DNA of 64,000 bases, taken from assembly GCF_004010195.1 (NCBI RefSeq), contig NC_057759.1, forward strand, positions 7,365,593 to 7,429,592. Direction: 5' to 3'. Below the pieces are notes generated by a model. It saw only the letters and a list, made by a program, of their open reading frames with translations. It did no database searches and was not told the DNA's origin. Shown here piece by piece: positions 51,921-64,000 of the stretch. Position numbers and translations under genes: made by a program. Source of the stretch: Chiloscyllium plagiosum (taxonomy: Eukaryota). Every line of letters begins with the position of its first letter. Within the stretch, counting starts at the first letter, position 1.

Positions 51921-53699
51921 AGGTTTGCACTCTAAGTAGATTACCAGGTTGCACCAAGCATAGATTACGCTATACTGTGCACCGTGCTGAATAGATATAT
52001 CATCTGGATTTATGGTGTGTGCGATTATCTGTGAGGTGGATTGATATAACAGCTATGTCCGCTTATTTTATGTAACCATTCTTGTGAGTCGACACTCCAC
52101 CTCTCACTTCATTAATGCTACAATGTGAACATGCACAGTATATCATGTTGGTGAATAGAACATCATGTTGGTGAATACACACTGTCTTGACAGCAGCCGC
52201 AGTATATTTATTTAGAAGCAGTCAGCCATTCCCAAAGTTTTGTGAGTCACCATGTGGAAAGAAAGGTTGGTCTCTCGGATAAAGGCCAACCTTTTGATAC
52301 ATAGTTCAAAATCCCCTCCTCCTCATCACTCCCTAACGGCAATCAACTACATTAAAGTATCCCGTCTGCAGTGAGAAAAATGAGGCCAAATGGGAACATC
52401 AGGAGCAAACCATCAGGGAGATAGAGCAGCACTTCCCACGTCTGAACAGGTCAGAGTGAACACTCCAGTACACACTCTGTCACTAAGTCCTGTAATCTCT
52501 GTCCATTTATTGTAATATACAGTTTTTTATTCTTCCTGAACAATATCCCAATTCACGTTTACCCACATTATAGTCCAGCTGCAAAATTGATGTCTATTAC
52601 TAATCCTATTAGAGATTCTCTACGTACTCTTGAAAATTTAATTTCCTGGCTATCTTTGTTAGAATACATTTATTTCATTTCTCGAAAACGTTGATATCGT
52701 TTTCAAACAGTTGAGGCCCCAGCACTGCTCACTGTATCTCTGCAGTTGTTCAACTGATAAAGGCTGACTTATCACCAATTTATCCCTGCTCCCGACTCAG
52801 TAACCAGTCCTCGCCGTATATCTGTGTAGAAGCTTTAAAAGGCTAAATATTCCCTTTCATTTCCTATATAACAGGCATACGAGATGAAAAGATCTGCTCC
52901 AATCCCTGAGTAACACCCTCAAACGGCTGAATGGCCTCATTCTGTTCCTGTTTAAAACTCTGGATGGGCTGAATGGCCTGCTTCAATATGTGTACAGTTG
53001 TGTGTGGTGCAGAACATTTTGGAACCATCAGCGAACAGCCCATTTCTGTCTTAATGGTGGAGGGAAGACCATTGATGCTGCAGCTGCACATAGCCAACAG
53101 AGCCTCATGAATGCTCCGTTTCCATTTGCTTGGCCCTTTTGAAGTATATCCTACTTCAGAGGATGTGTAAAACATAACAAAGTGTACAGTATCTTCAATA
53201 TGAGGCTGAGACTTTCCCTCCGCCAGGACTGTGAGCTGGCTGCTCCTATAGATAATGTTCGGGACAGATCCATCTGTGACAAGGAGTTTGGTGAGAATGT
53301 TTCCCACTTTCCCATCACTTCCACAGTGTGGTTGTTGTGCGTTTGAGGCCTCTCCTTGCTCATTCATTGTGGGCCCGTATTAGACACTTCACAGGTGATG
53401 AACATTGAAGTCCCACACCGAGAGTACGTACTGCCTCCATGTCACTCTCAGTGTTTCCTCTGATCTGTTATCAACATTTAGAAGTACAGGGTTATCACGG
53501 AGAGGTGATGAGGAGGACAGTAGATGTCCACCATCAGGTGATTTCCAAGACTTTTTGACCTGTTATCATGAGGTTTCCTGGATTCTTGAATCAATCTTGG
53601 GGATTTCCAGGGCAACTCCTTTCCTGTTTGTATTCAGTGGTGTCCCCAACACTGGTCCGTCCTGCTGCTGGGCCGGGATAGACCCAGGGATGATGATGG

Positions 53700-55510
53700 G
53701 GCATCTTGAAACATTACCATCAGGTCTAATTCTGTGAGTTTGACGGTGTCAGACTGTTTCCTGACCTTGTCTATATGAGGAATAAAGGTGACAATGGGGC
53801 ATAGAATAGTGATTATCAAGCAAAATGAAAGACATTCTATCTGAATGCGTGGTTTATTCTCAAAACAGACTGAGGAAATCAATGTACACATCGAGGCAAA
53901 TAAATATGATTTCATGGCATTAGTGAGACCTGGCTACAGGGACACCAATATTGGGAATTGAATATCCAGAACATTTTATGTTTGGGAGACTTGGACAAAA
54001 ATGAAAAGGAAGTGAGGGAGAGTTTGGAATAAGTAATGGAATCTCTATGATCGTAAAAGAGGATCTTACATCAAATGATTGAGATAACTTTGTTAACCAT
54101 GTTGTTTTTGTTGGAAAATTATTTGAGTTGAGTTTGACGAGAGATTCACACTCTTAGTCTGAGTGGGTCTCATCAAATTTAATGGGCAGAAGGGCCTTAA
54201 TGATGTCGCTCTTTATGACTCCATTACATTCTCTACCAGCAATTCCCCGGAACGTTCTACCCCTGAACGGCTGGACGTCAGTGAATTGAACAAAGGATAA
54301 GAACCCGAAGGAAGGGATCTCGTTCCAGGGAGAAGGAGACATTGTTCCAAAGTCACCTCAGGCAGTTAAAGGTGTGAATACGTTTTCCCTGCGTTTACAT
54401 TTCTTCGCCACAGAGGATTGACCACAATTTCGATTAGAAGACTGAAATGTCCAACCTCAGTTTTACTTCAAGGAATTGAGAGACAATACTTCAGTACAGC
54501 AATGTTTCCACCGTCTGAATTAGGAACTGGAAAAAAAAAGTTACCTGTGTCTGCTCTTGAGTGATAAGTGTGTGAGGATGTTCTAGAAACCATCTGAATG
54601 TGCCTCTCTGTGATTGAAGAGGGAGGGTTTCTTGTGTTTTACGTCACATTTTTGTCAGTAATTCAGACCTTCCTATTTATTATTTCAGTTATTTGAAACA
54701 TTACCCAACAGGTCTGGTTCTGTGAGTATGACAATGTCAGACTCTTTCCCGATCGGTCAATATGCGGAAAAAGGTGACAATCAAGTAGGGCTAAAAATGA
54801 GCTAAAAGCTGAATGAAAGGCTTTCCGCCTGAATGTATGTTTTATTCTCAAACCAGACTGAGAAATTCACTACATACATTAAGGGAAATAGATATAATTA
54901 AATGGCATGAGAGAGACATAGCGACAGGGTGACCAATATTGGGAACTGAATTTCCAGAACATTCTACAGGTGGGACTGTTAGGCAGAACAGAAAAAAAAG
55001 GTGGTAGGAAATAGCTGAATAAAGGATGACATCTGCATTTTCATTAAAGATGATCGTACATCATTCTGCACCAAGCATGCTCCAAAACATTCTACCACCG
55101 ACATTCACTGGGACATTCTTCAACTGATATCCTCCAGATCATTCTATAACTGATATTCCTCAGGACATTCCATGCCCGAATGTCCCCAGAACATTCTATT
55201 CACAACATACTACAACTGACATTCATGGAACATCCTATACCCATAATTCCCTGGAACATTCTGCGCCCAACATTCTTTCGCCGACATTCCCCAGAACGTT
55301 CTATTCCTGACATTACTGATGAACGTCCAATCGTCAGTCGAATTGAACAAAGGAAAAGATCCCGAGGGAAGAGATCCCGTTCCAGGGAGAAGGAGTCACT
55401 GTTCCGAAGTACCCACAGGTATTTATAAGTTCTGATTGGGGAGGGAGAGTTGTTTATGTTTCTTATGTTTTACATCACATTTTTTGTCAGTAATTCAGAC
55501 CTTCATTTTT
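53700..55510 (+). repeat. Local ~1-kb diverged tandem duplication containing CR1 endonuclease N-terminal remnants
   Basis: 53710-54070 resembles 54700-55065 (tttattctcaaa.cagactgag; accaatattgggaa.tgaat); 54240-54360 resembles 55285-55420; 54620-54675 resembles 55435-55505. Confidence 0.75.
55080..55315 (+). repeat. Short degenerate minisatellite built on ACATTC motifs
   Basis: Recurrent acattc(t/c) every ~12-25 nt. Confidence 0.65.
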
Positions 55511-55648
55511 TTAAAAAAATTCCGCTCGAATTATTTAAATACATCTCTGAACGTGGTAACACATTTGAAAATTGCACTGGGTCCTTAATCAAACTGATCA
55601 CTTTGCTCCCAGGATGATCGATAACGTGTTTGTTTACCTTCCACACAG

Positions 55649-56325
55649 TTAACAAAGTGACGATCTACGTCCTACTTTATAAAGATTGTGGATTATCTCC
55701 ATGTGTCAGACGTTACCTGGGAGACATGGCAGTGGCGGATCTCCTGATCATTATCCTCGACCTGATACTGAGACACATAGCCGTTGTTTATCGGGAACAG
55801 TTTTAGTTCCTGAGGTCCATCCCTGTTTGCGATATCCATACCACCCTGATGTATGCAGCCACTGATGGTTCAGTCTGGTTCACTGTCACTTTCACCTTTG
55901 ATCGGTTTGTGGTCATTTGTTGCCAGACGTTGAAAAGTAACTATTGCAGTGGCTGTGGTTCTGGGAGTAGTGACAGTGCTGGGTTGTTTGAACAGCATTT
56001 TCTGGTATTTTATGCTCAATGCTAGGTATTGGCTGAGGAATGCACCCTGGTTTTGTGAGGTAACGTGCGCTTTTCATGTCTCCATTGTCTGGGTCACAAT
56101 CGAGGTCATTACCACATTCTAACCCCGGTTCTCTCATTTCCCCTGATTCTGCTGCTCAATGTTTTCATCGTCGCACACATTTTAGTGACCAGAAAAGCCG
56201 GTAGGGCACTCCGGGCTCACTCCAAAGGGTACGCTCAGTCTGACACAGAAATGAGAAATCGAAAAACTCCATCATTTTACTATTTGTGATCTCGGCCAAA
56301 TTCATCCTGTTATGGTTGCTGAACA
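55649..56325 (+). pseudogene. GPR139/GPR142-like class A GPCR pseudogene, second coding exon (end of TM1 to TM6)
   Basis: After acceptor ccacacAG: NKVTIYVLLYKDCGLSPCVRRYLGDMAVADLLIIILDL ... SVWFTVTFTFDRFVVICC ... ILTPVLSFPLILLLNVF ... SIILLFVISAKFILLW. In-frame TAG at 55804, several frameshifts, no TM7. Confidence 0.85.
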
Positions 56326-56554
56326 GCAGAATGAACGATATTGTTGTCTGCCTCTGTGTTGAAGAAGCTGAGCTGGAGGGAGAGATACTCAACCCCAAGT
56401 CTTGGTCCTCAGGTAAGGGAAAGGAACCTCGACCTGAGTTCGGGAGTTGGGTTTAAGGAGTTGGTCCTTGCTTTAACGTCTCAGTCACCAACTATTACCA
56501 GGCCTTCTGCAGAATTGATCTCTCTATCCTGTCCCCTGCATCTCCAGTCAACTG

Positions 56555-57230
56555 CATCCATCTCTCTCTCTCTCTCTCACTTTCTACCCCTTTTCCCCTC
56601 TTTTGTACTCTCTCCCTATTTCCTCTCCCCTTCTCCTCATTTCCCCCTTCGTCTCTCCCCGCACACTCTCTTTTTCTTCTGTTCCCCGTTAAGTCTCTCT
56701 CTCTTCCCCAACTCTTTCTTTCTCCCTCTCACCCCATCGCTCCAATAGTCTCCACTCCTCTCTCCATCCCTTTCTCTTTCATTCTCCTGCTGTCTCTGTT
56801 TCCCTCCCGCCTTTATATCTCTCCCTCATGTTCTCCCTCCTCCCATCCCCTCCCTACATCTGCCTATCCTCTCTCTCCCCGACAGCCATTCCAACCACCT
56901 CTAGTCTCTGGGTCAGAGGGAGAGAGCAGGAGCAGCGAGGGTGAGTGTTTCAGATAGACAGGGAGGGACATTCGGCCAGAGGGAAAATGAGGGAAGAAGA
57001 GAGTGTGTGTGCGAGAGTACAGGAGAGGGGCGGGGTCGAGAGAAAGAGAAAGTGAAAGTGCTGGTGGGGTAGAGACAGAGTGTAAGTAGGGATTGAGAGA
57101 CAGAGTTGGAGAGGGTAACGAGAGAGTGGGGCATAAAGAGAAAGGGTGTGGAAGCAGGGTAGACAGAAAGGCGGAAAGGGGTAGAGAGAGAGAGAAAGTG
57201 AGGGAGAGAGAGAGAGAGAGAGAGAGATAA
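56555..57230. repeat. Pyrimidine-rich tract abutting a purine-rich tract
   Basis: CT-rich 56555-56910, then GA-rich 56915-57230. Confidence 0.85.
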
Positions 57231-58767
57231 ATCCTCCAAAGATTGAATTTGGAGGGTTGTTAAATTTGAATGTTTGTGTTTATTTTGAGCCAGTCAACTG
57301 AAGCAAACAACCCAGTTAAGCGCACACATAACTTTATATCATCAATTTGAGAACTAGTTAAAGATTCCTAGGGAAAGATTTACTTTTCTTCCTGCTTGAC
57401 TCAGTTTGAGGTTTGCTCATTCACCTTCAGCAAGCAACTGGAGCGAAAGATTCACAGAAAATAAAGTGGAAAGTAAATTACTTGGACTTCACTGAACTTT
57501 CCATTTTAATACCCCATCAAAAACAATGGATTGCAAAGATTTCTTTGGTTTCTGGAGCAACCCAATTTAATTAATGCTCTTCATCTCGACAATTAAATTG
57601 GAGTTTTTGTAACGGAACCAGTTATCGTCCAGCTTAAGATTTCTCTCTTGCAGGACATTTACAAGAAAGGAAAGGTGCGATGTGGGGCAGAATTTAAAGA
57701 ATGGAATCCATTTAAGTTTGAGAATTACTTTGGAGCGCTTCTAGTACTTCTAACGTGTGGGTATTTACTTATTCTAATGGCACATGCTATTGTGTGAGTC
57801 ATTTCAATGCAACTTGCTAGGCAGGAAGCCCATGAATTAAGGTTGAATGCTCTGTCCAATGTTCCTGTCCATTGAGTTCTGAGCATAAAACCAGTGATGT
57901 ACCTAATTTGTGTTAAATTGCCCAATTACACAAATAGCATAAATTGGCATAATCAGGTTGTAGAGTTTTACAATTACTTTACTGAGAAGTCTCTGAGAGT
58001 TTGCACATGCCCCATACCAAAAATATACAATTAGCAACATTTAATGCAAGTTACAGATGGAATTTTATATAGAGTGTAGAAAGTCCTGTAGTTGAAGATC
58101 TTCAAAAAGCCCAAATATCCTTTGCATGACTTGATCACTCAGAATTTAACCAATTTGCCTTGATCAAATCCATGTTTAAACTATGGTTTTGGTAACGAAT
58201 GTTCACTTAGTCCTTGAGTAAAACATTTCTACTGAATTTACCATCACTAATGTTAGGCTTGAAGTTTATTCCTCTCCTGTCGCTTGAAGTGTGGGAAAAA
58301 CACTGCTGGTGCTGATGGGTTCCTATTCATTCAGGCAGTCATAAAGCAACCAAACAAGTCGGTTATCAATTTGCAAATACTTCTATCACACAGCAATACA
58401 CATGGTAAGAGTGGGAGAGATTCTTGTTCAGCCTGTAATGGAAGGGTTTTTGGAGCTTTTCTTAATTCATTCAGGGTTTGTGGGCTTTGTTGGCTGGGCC
58501 AACATTTATTATCCATCAGCAGTGAGCTCTAATGCCCTCGAACAACTAGTGGTGAGTTCTCTTCTTGAACTGCTGTAGTCCACTTGGTGCAAAGACATGC
58601 TCAATGTTGTTGTGATGATACTATGGCCTTAAGAGGTATATTTTGTCCTATTCTTTTCTGAAGCGAGGCTTTCAGACAGAGGTACAGAGCTACTCCATAA
58701 AGTAAACAGCTTGTGAGGCCTTGGGATTTTTTTAAAAATGAAGGAACAGTGGAAGCAGTGTGAATGC

Positions 58768-59080
58768 TTAGATTAGATTCCCTACAGTGTGGAAACAGGC
58801 TCTTTGACCAGACAAGTCCACACCGACCCTCTGAAGAGTAACCCAAGGAGACCCATTTCCCACTGACTAATGCACCTAACACTATGGGTAAGTTAGCATG
58901 GCCAATTCACCTGACCTGTACATCTTTGGAGTGTGGGAGGAAACCAAAGCACCCAAAGGAAACCCACACAGACACAGGAGAATGTGCAAACTCCACACAG
59001 ACAGTCACCCGAGATTGGAATCAAATCTGGGTCCCTGGCACTGTGAAGCAGCAGTGCTAACCACTGAGCCACTGTGCCAC
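58768..59080 (-). mobile_element. tRNA-derived SINE (HE1/V-SINE type), older copy
   Basis: Reverse complement of the SINE head and V-domain (gcagcagtgctaaccactgagccactgtgcc; aatgtgcaaactccacacag). Confidence 0.9.
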
Positions 59081-59824
59081 TCATATGGGTGGGGTCAAGC
59101 TCCCACAGAATCAGGATTTTTAGTTTTAGTTTTCTTAGCAATTCCTGCTGGGGTCTTGAAGCTAGGTGTGGAAGTTGCAGTACATCTCTCTCTCTGTTTT
59201 TCTTGTAATCTCTCTTGTGCTGTCTCACACTCTTGATGTTTTTCCTCCTGGACTGGAGAGTTACTTGCGAGGTAATCTATTTTGCCTCTGTCAAGGGTGT
59301 GTTTATGGGATGTTAGTATATTGGACCAGTTACTGTCTAGTAGTAAAATAACTTATTATCCTGTTAAGTTTCCCAATGGAGATAAGTTATTCCAATTTCT
59401 TCTTTATTCATACATTATTGTTAAGATACAACAAAAGAAAGTGTGTTTTGCTTCACATTTGATAGCTTAAATGGAACACAACACCTGGCACTTGCCTTTA
59501 AAATAAGAAAAATTTAGGGTTAAGGCTATTTTCTTAATATATTTTGAGGGAGATTGTCTGGTCTATAACACTGTTGTGGAGGTAGTTCCAGAATTGTGAC
59601 CCTTCTATCACTAGGGTCTTCTATTACGAGGAACTCTACCACAGAGCTCAGATTATAACATGTATTTAAAAGTGAGATAGAGACGTAATGGTGGAATTGG
59701 AGAGAGAATGAAAGGACAGTAGAGAGGGAGAGAGAGCTTGGGAGGGAATAGAGTGAGAGAATGTGGAATGGGGTAGACAGAAAGAGAGGCATGTGGGAGA
59801 GTTGAGAGAGAGAGAGTGGGAGAT

Positions 59825-62800
59825 GTGCACGTCAGTATTTACACGGAACTCCCGGGTAGAGTGTCGGTATTTAAAGGAGGCTCCTGGGGAGTGTGCCGGT
59901 ATTTAGATGAGGGTGCCAAGGATTGTGTCGGTATTAACAGGGGTGTCCCGGGGAGTGTGTCAGTATTTACAGAAGGGTCCTGGGCACTGTCTCGAGTGTG
60001 TTCATATGGACAGGGAGATTCTGGGGAGTGTTTCAGGTTGGTGTGGTGGTCGGATAGTGTGTGAGTACTTGCAGCGGCTTTCAGTGAGTGTGTTAGTATT
60101 GACACGGGATCCCAGGAAGTGTGTCCATACTTACACGGGGTTTTTGGGGAGTGTGTAGTTATTTACAAGAGGTTCCCGGGGAGTGTGTCAGTATTTAAAA
60201 GGGGGTCCAGGCAAGGTGTCAGTATTTCGAGGAGGATTCTAGGGATTGCGTCGATGTACACAGGATGGTCTCCGTGCTTGTGTGAGTACTTACATGGGGT
60301 CTCAGGGACTGAATCAGTGTGTACAGGGTGGGTCTGGAAAATGTTTCGGTATTTACAAGTGTGTTCCCGGGTAATGTGCCAGTATTTACATAAGGCTTCC
60401 AGAGAGTGTGGCCTATATTCACAGATGGGTCCCTGGGAGAGTCTTAGTACTGACTGGGAGGTACTGGGGAGATGTGTCAGCATTTAGATGGGGGATCTCA
60501 GTGAGTGTGTCAGTCTTACAGGGAGGTCCAGGGAGTGTGTCAGTATCTACAGGAGAATCTCACAGAGTATGTTAGTATTTTCAGGGGCATCCATGGGTTA
60601 TATAAGCATACATACGTCAGTATGTATGGGCTACGGGAGTGCAGGAATGTCTCGGTATTTAAAGGGGGGTCCAAGGGTGTCTGCCAATATTTACAGTGAG
60701 TTACTGAAGACTGCTTTAGCATTTACAGCGGATCTTGGGGAGTTAGAGATATATATAGAGAGGTCCCTGGGAGCCTGTCAGTACGCACAGGAGGTCTGGG
60801 GGAATGTGTCAGTATTAGGCGGGGCGTCCCACGGAGTGTGTAAGTCCTTACGGGGGGTGTCTCGGGGAGTGTGTCAGTATTTACAGGAGGTTCCCAGGGA
60901 GTTTGTCGGTATTTACAAGCGGGAGTGGGTGGGCACGAGTGTGTCTGTGTTTAAAGTGGTGGTCACAGGGGAGTCTGTCAGTATTTAGAGACGTTTCTCA
61001 AAGAGTATTTCAGTATTTACACGGGGTCCTGGGAGTGTGTTGATCGTTATAAGGAAACTTCCAAGAGCGTATGTCATTATTTGCAGGGCAGACTCGGGAA
61101 GTGTGCGAGTATTTACACTGGAATTCTGGGGATTGTGTCGGTATTTACAGAGTGGTCCCTGGGAGTCTGTCAGTACTCACAGATGGTTCCTGGGGAGTGT
61201 GTCAGTATTTATAAGAGGGTCGCGGGAGTATGTCAATATTTTCAATGGCATGCAATGCAGTGTGTCTGTGTACACAGGTCTGGTACCAGGACGTGTGGAT
61301 GAGGTGGGGGGAAGCAGTGTGTAGGTATTTAAAGGGAGCGTCCCAGGGTGTCTGTCAGCATTTAGAGGAAGTTTCCGAAGAGTGTTTAGGTGTTTACGGG
61401 GTGTCCCAGGGAGAATGTCGGTAGTTACAGGGGGACTTTTGAGGGAGTGTGTCGGGATTAGCTGGTGGTGTCCCAGGGAATGTGCCAGTATGAACAGTGT
61501 GTGTCTCAGGAAGTGTGTCAGTTATTACACTGTGTGACCCGGGGAATGTTTCAGTTGTTACGTGGGTACTAGGGAGTGTGTCATTACTTACAGGGATTCC
61601 CAGTGACTGTGTCAGTATTTGCAAAGGGGTCCTGGGGAGTGTGTCGGTATATAAATTAGGATCCTTGGGAGTGTGTCAGTATTTACAGGTGATTCCTGGG
61701 GAGTGTGTCAATATTCATTGGAGGTCCAGGGGTGCGTGTCAGTATTTACAGAGGGGTTTGCAGAATTGAATCAGTATTTACACGGGGTCCCTGGGAATGT
61801 GTAGGTGCTGCCAATGGCTCCCGATATTTGTGTCAATATTTACAGGGGAATGGTTCCCGCGGCGTGTGTCGGTATTTCCAGGGACATAGTGCCTGGGGAG
61901 CATGTCAGTATTTTGTGGGGTGTGTGTCAGTATTTGCAGGGGTGGTCTCAGGGAGTGTGTTGTTATTTAATGGGAGGGTCGCGGGAAACGTTTCAGTATT
62001 TGCAGAGGCGACCTAGGGAGCACGCCAGTAGTTAATGGGGGTCCTGGGGACTGTGTCGGTATTTATATGCGGTGTCCTGCGGAGTGGATCAGTATTTACA
62101 GGGGGGTTACGGGGAGTGTGTCGATATTTCGAGGGGTGTCTCAGGGAGTGTGTCAGTACATATGGGGGGTGCCATGGAGTGTTTCAGTGTATACATAGGG
62201 GTTTCCGAGGTAGTGTGCTTGTATTTACATGGGGCTCCAGGGGAGTGTGCCCATATTTATAGACGGGGAGTACAGTGGAGCGTGTCAGCCTTTACAGGGT
62301 GCGTATTGGGGAGTGTGTCAGTATTTACAGAAGTGTCCCCAGGAGTGTGTCAGTACATATTGGGCTTGGGGAGGAGAGTGTCGATATTTAAAACGATGAT
62401 CCCAGGGCGTCTGTCAGTACTTACACGGGGTTCCCGAAGAATGTTTCGGAATTTACAGGGTGTCCCGGGGAATGCAGGGAGACTTCCCAGAGAGTGTGTC
62501 GGTATTTGCAGGAGAGACTCGGGGAGTGTGTCACTGTTTACACGGGGCTAATGGGGCATGTGTTGGTATTTACAGAGGAGTCCTGGGGAGTATGTCCGTA
62601 GTTTCAGGGGAACCCTGTATAGTATGGCAGTATACACAAGTCGGGAACGGGAGTGTGTGTCAGAGTATACGATGTGGGGGAGGGAGGGGTCTGTTGGTAT
62701 TTAAAGGGTCTGTTCCAAGGTTTCTGTCAGTACTTACATGGAGTTCCTGGAAAGTGTTCCCTTATTTACTGGTTGTCCCAGGGAGCGTTTCAGTAGTGAC

Positions 62801-64000
62801 AGGGGGATTTTGGGGACTGTCGGTATTTGCCATAGGGTGGGGGAACCAGGGAGTGTATCAGAACGTACAGAGTGGTTCGTAGGGATTGTGTCAGTGTTTT
62901 CAGTAGGTGGCCCAGGGAGAGTTTCGGTACTTTCAGGGCGGTCCCCGGAGGTTGTCAGTACTTACAGGAGTTCCCAGTGACAGTGCCAGCATTTCCAAAG
63001 GGATCCTGGGGAGTGCGTCGGTATTTAAAAAGGGGTGCACCGGGTGTGTGTCAGTAATTACAGGGCAGGAGAATATTGGTACTTTCTGGATTTTTAATGG
63101 AGTGTATCATTATTTGCAGGGGCCGTGGAATGTTTCGGTATTTACAGGGAGAATCACGAGGTGTGTGTTGGTATTTACTGAGGGGGTCCAATGTAGAGTG
63201 TCATGATTTACAAGGGGTCAGCCAGGGTGTCTGTCAGTATTTGCATGAGAATCTTGGGAGGGAGTCAGCATTCATGGTGGGGTCCGAGGGAGAGTGTTGG
63301 TATTTAGAAGGGGTTTGTCTGGAAGTGTGTCGGTATTTACGGGGGTTCCCAGGGCAGTATGTCAGCATTTACATGGGCATTCCATGCAGCATGTCAGTAT
63401 ATACAGGTCGGGTATTGTGGAGTGTGTCAAAATTTTACAGGAGGGCCCAGGTGCGTGTCAGGATTTATAGCGAGTTCCTGGTGAGTGTTTTGGTATTTAC
63501 AGGGGTTCCCAAGGAGTGTGTCGGTAGTTACAGGGGGAGTTCCCGGGAGGGGTGTCGGCATTTGCAGTTGGGTCCCGGGGAATGCGTCAGAATTTACTGT
63601 GGGGGCGCGGTATCATGGTGATCATACCAGTATTTACAGTGGTGTCCCACTGAGTGTGTCAGTATTCACAAAGGGGAGGAGGTTGCACGGCGGGTGTCAG
63701 ATTTTTCAAGGGTTCCCAGGGAGTGTATTTGTATTCACAGGGGTGTCCCGACGTGTGTCAGTATTTACAAGGCGGGGGTGTGTAGAATGTGTGCCAATGA
63801 TTACATAGCGGTCCCGGGCACTGTGTTTGTATTTATAGGGGTGTTCTGAAGAGTGTATTTACAAGGGGAGGGAAATGCATGGAGTGTGTCAGTGCTTATA
63901 TGGTGATGCTGGGAGTGTATCGCTATTTACAAGGGTGTCCGGAGGATTGTTTCAGTATTTACAAGGGGTTAGTGCATGGACTGTATCGGTGTTTACATTA
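59825..64000. repeat. Degenerate ~32-bp satellite, more than 100 units, continuing past the window end
   Basis: Consensus approximately gggagtgtgtcagtatttacagggggtccc(g/a), strong G/T strand bias. Confidence 0.95.

Noticed and set aside
59816..63808. Many overlapping ORFs (SVSVFTG / GVCQYLQ repeats)
   Set aside because: They are translations of the ~32-bp satellite in all frames, with unit lengths that do not preserve frame.

Overview
Eukaryotic, repeat-rich DNA, most likely an elasmobranch (shark): it carries HE1/V-type tRNA-SINEs, many CR1-clade LINEs, Penelope-like element ends and a GPR139-like receptor remnant. Much of the window is decayed retroelement, and most ORF-track entries are LINE fragments or microsatellite/satellite artefacts. 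The main discovery is a pair of two-exon beta-defensin-like genes that the ORF track splits. They lie in a tandem segmental duplication (about 5950-19375 and 21215-34730). Copy 1, join(6552..6645,7238..7362), is intact: TATA box, signal peptide, acidic propiece, phase-1 GT-AG intron, C-x6-C-x4-C-x10-C-x5-CC motif and polyA signal. Copy 2, join(22108..22201,22798..22923), keeps all six Cys codons, has a strongly diverged mature peptide and carries a +1 frameshift. Also present are several short Penelope-derived insertions with minimal hammerhead-ribozyme motifs and target-site duplications, a candidate antisense 96-nt exon in both duplicate units, a GPR139-like pseudogene, a 65-bp minisatellite and a ~32-bp satellite running off the right end. 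All calls are by eye; no searches were run.
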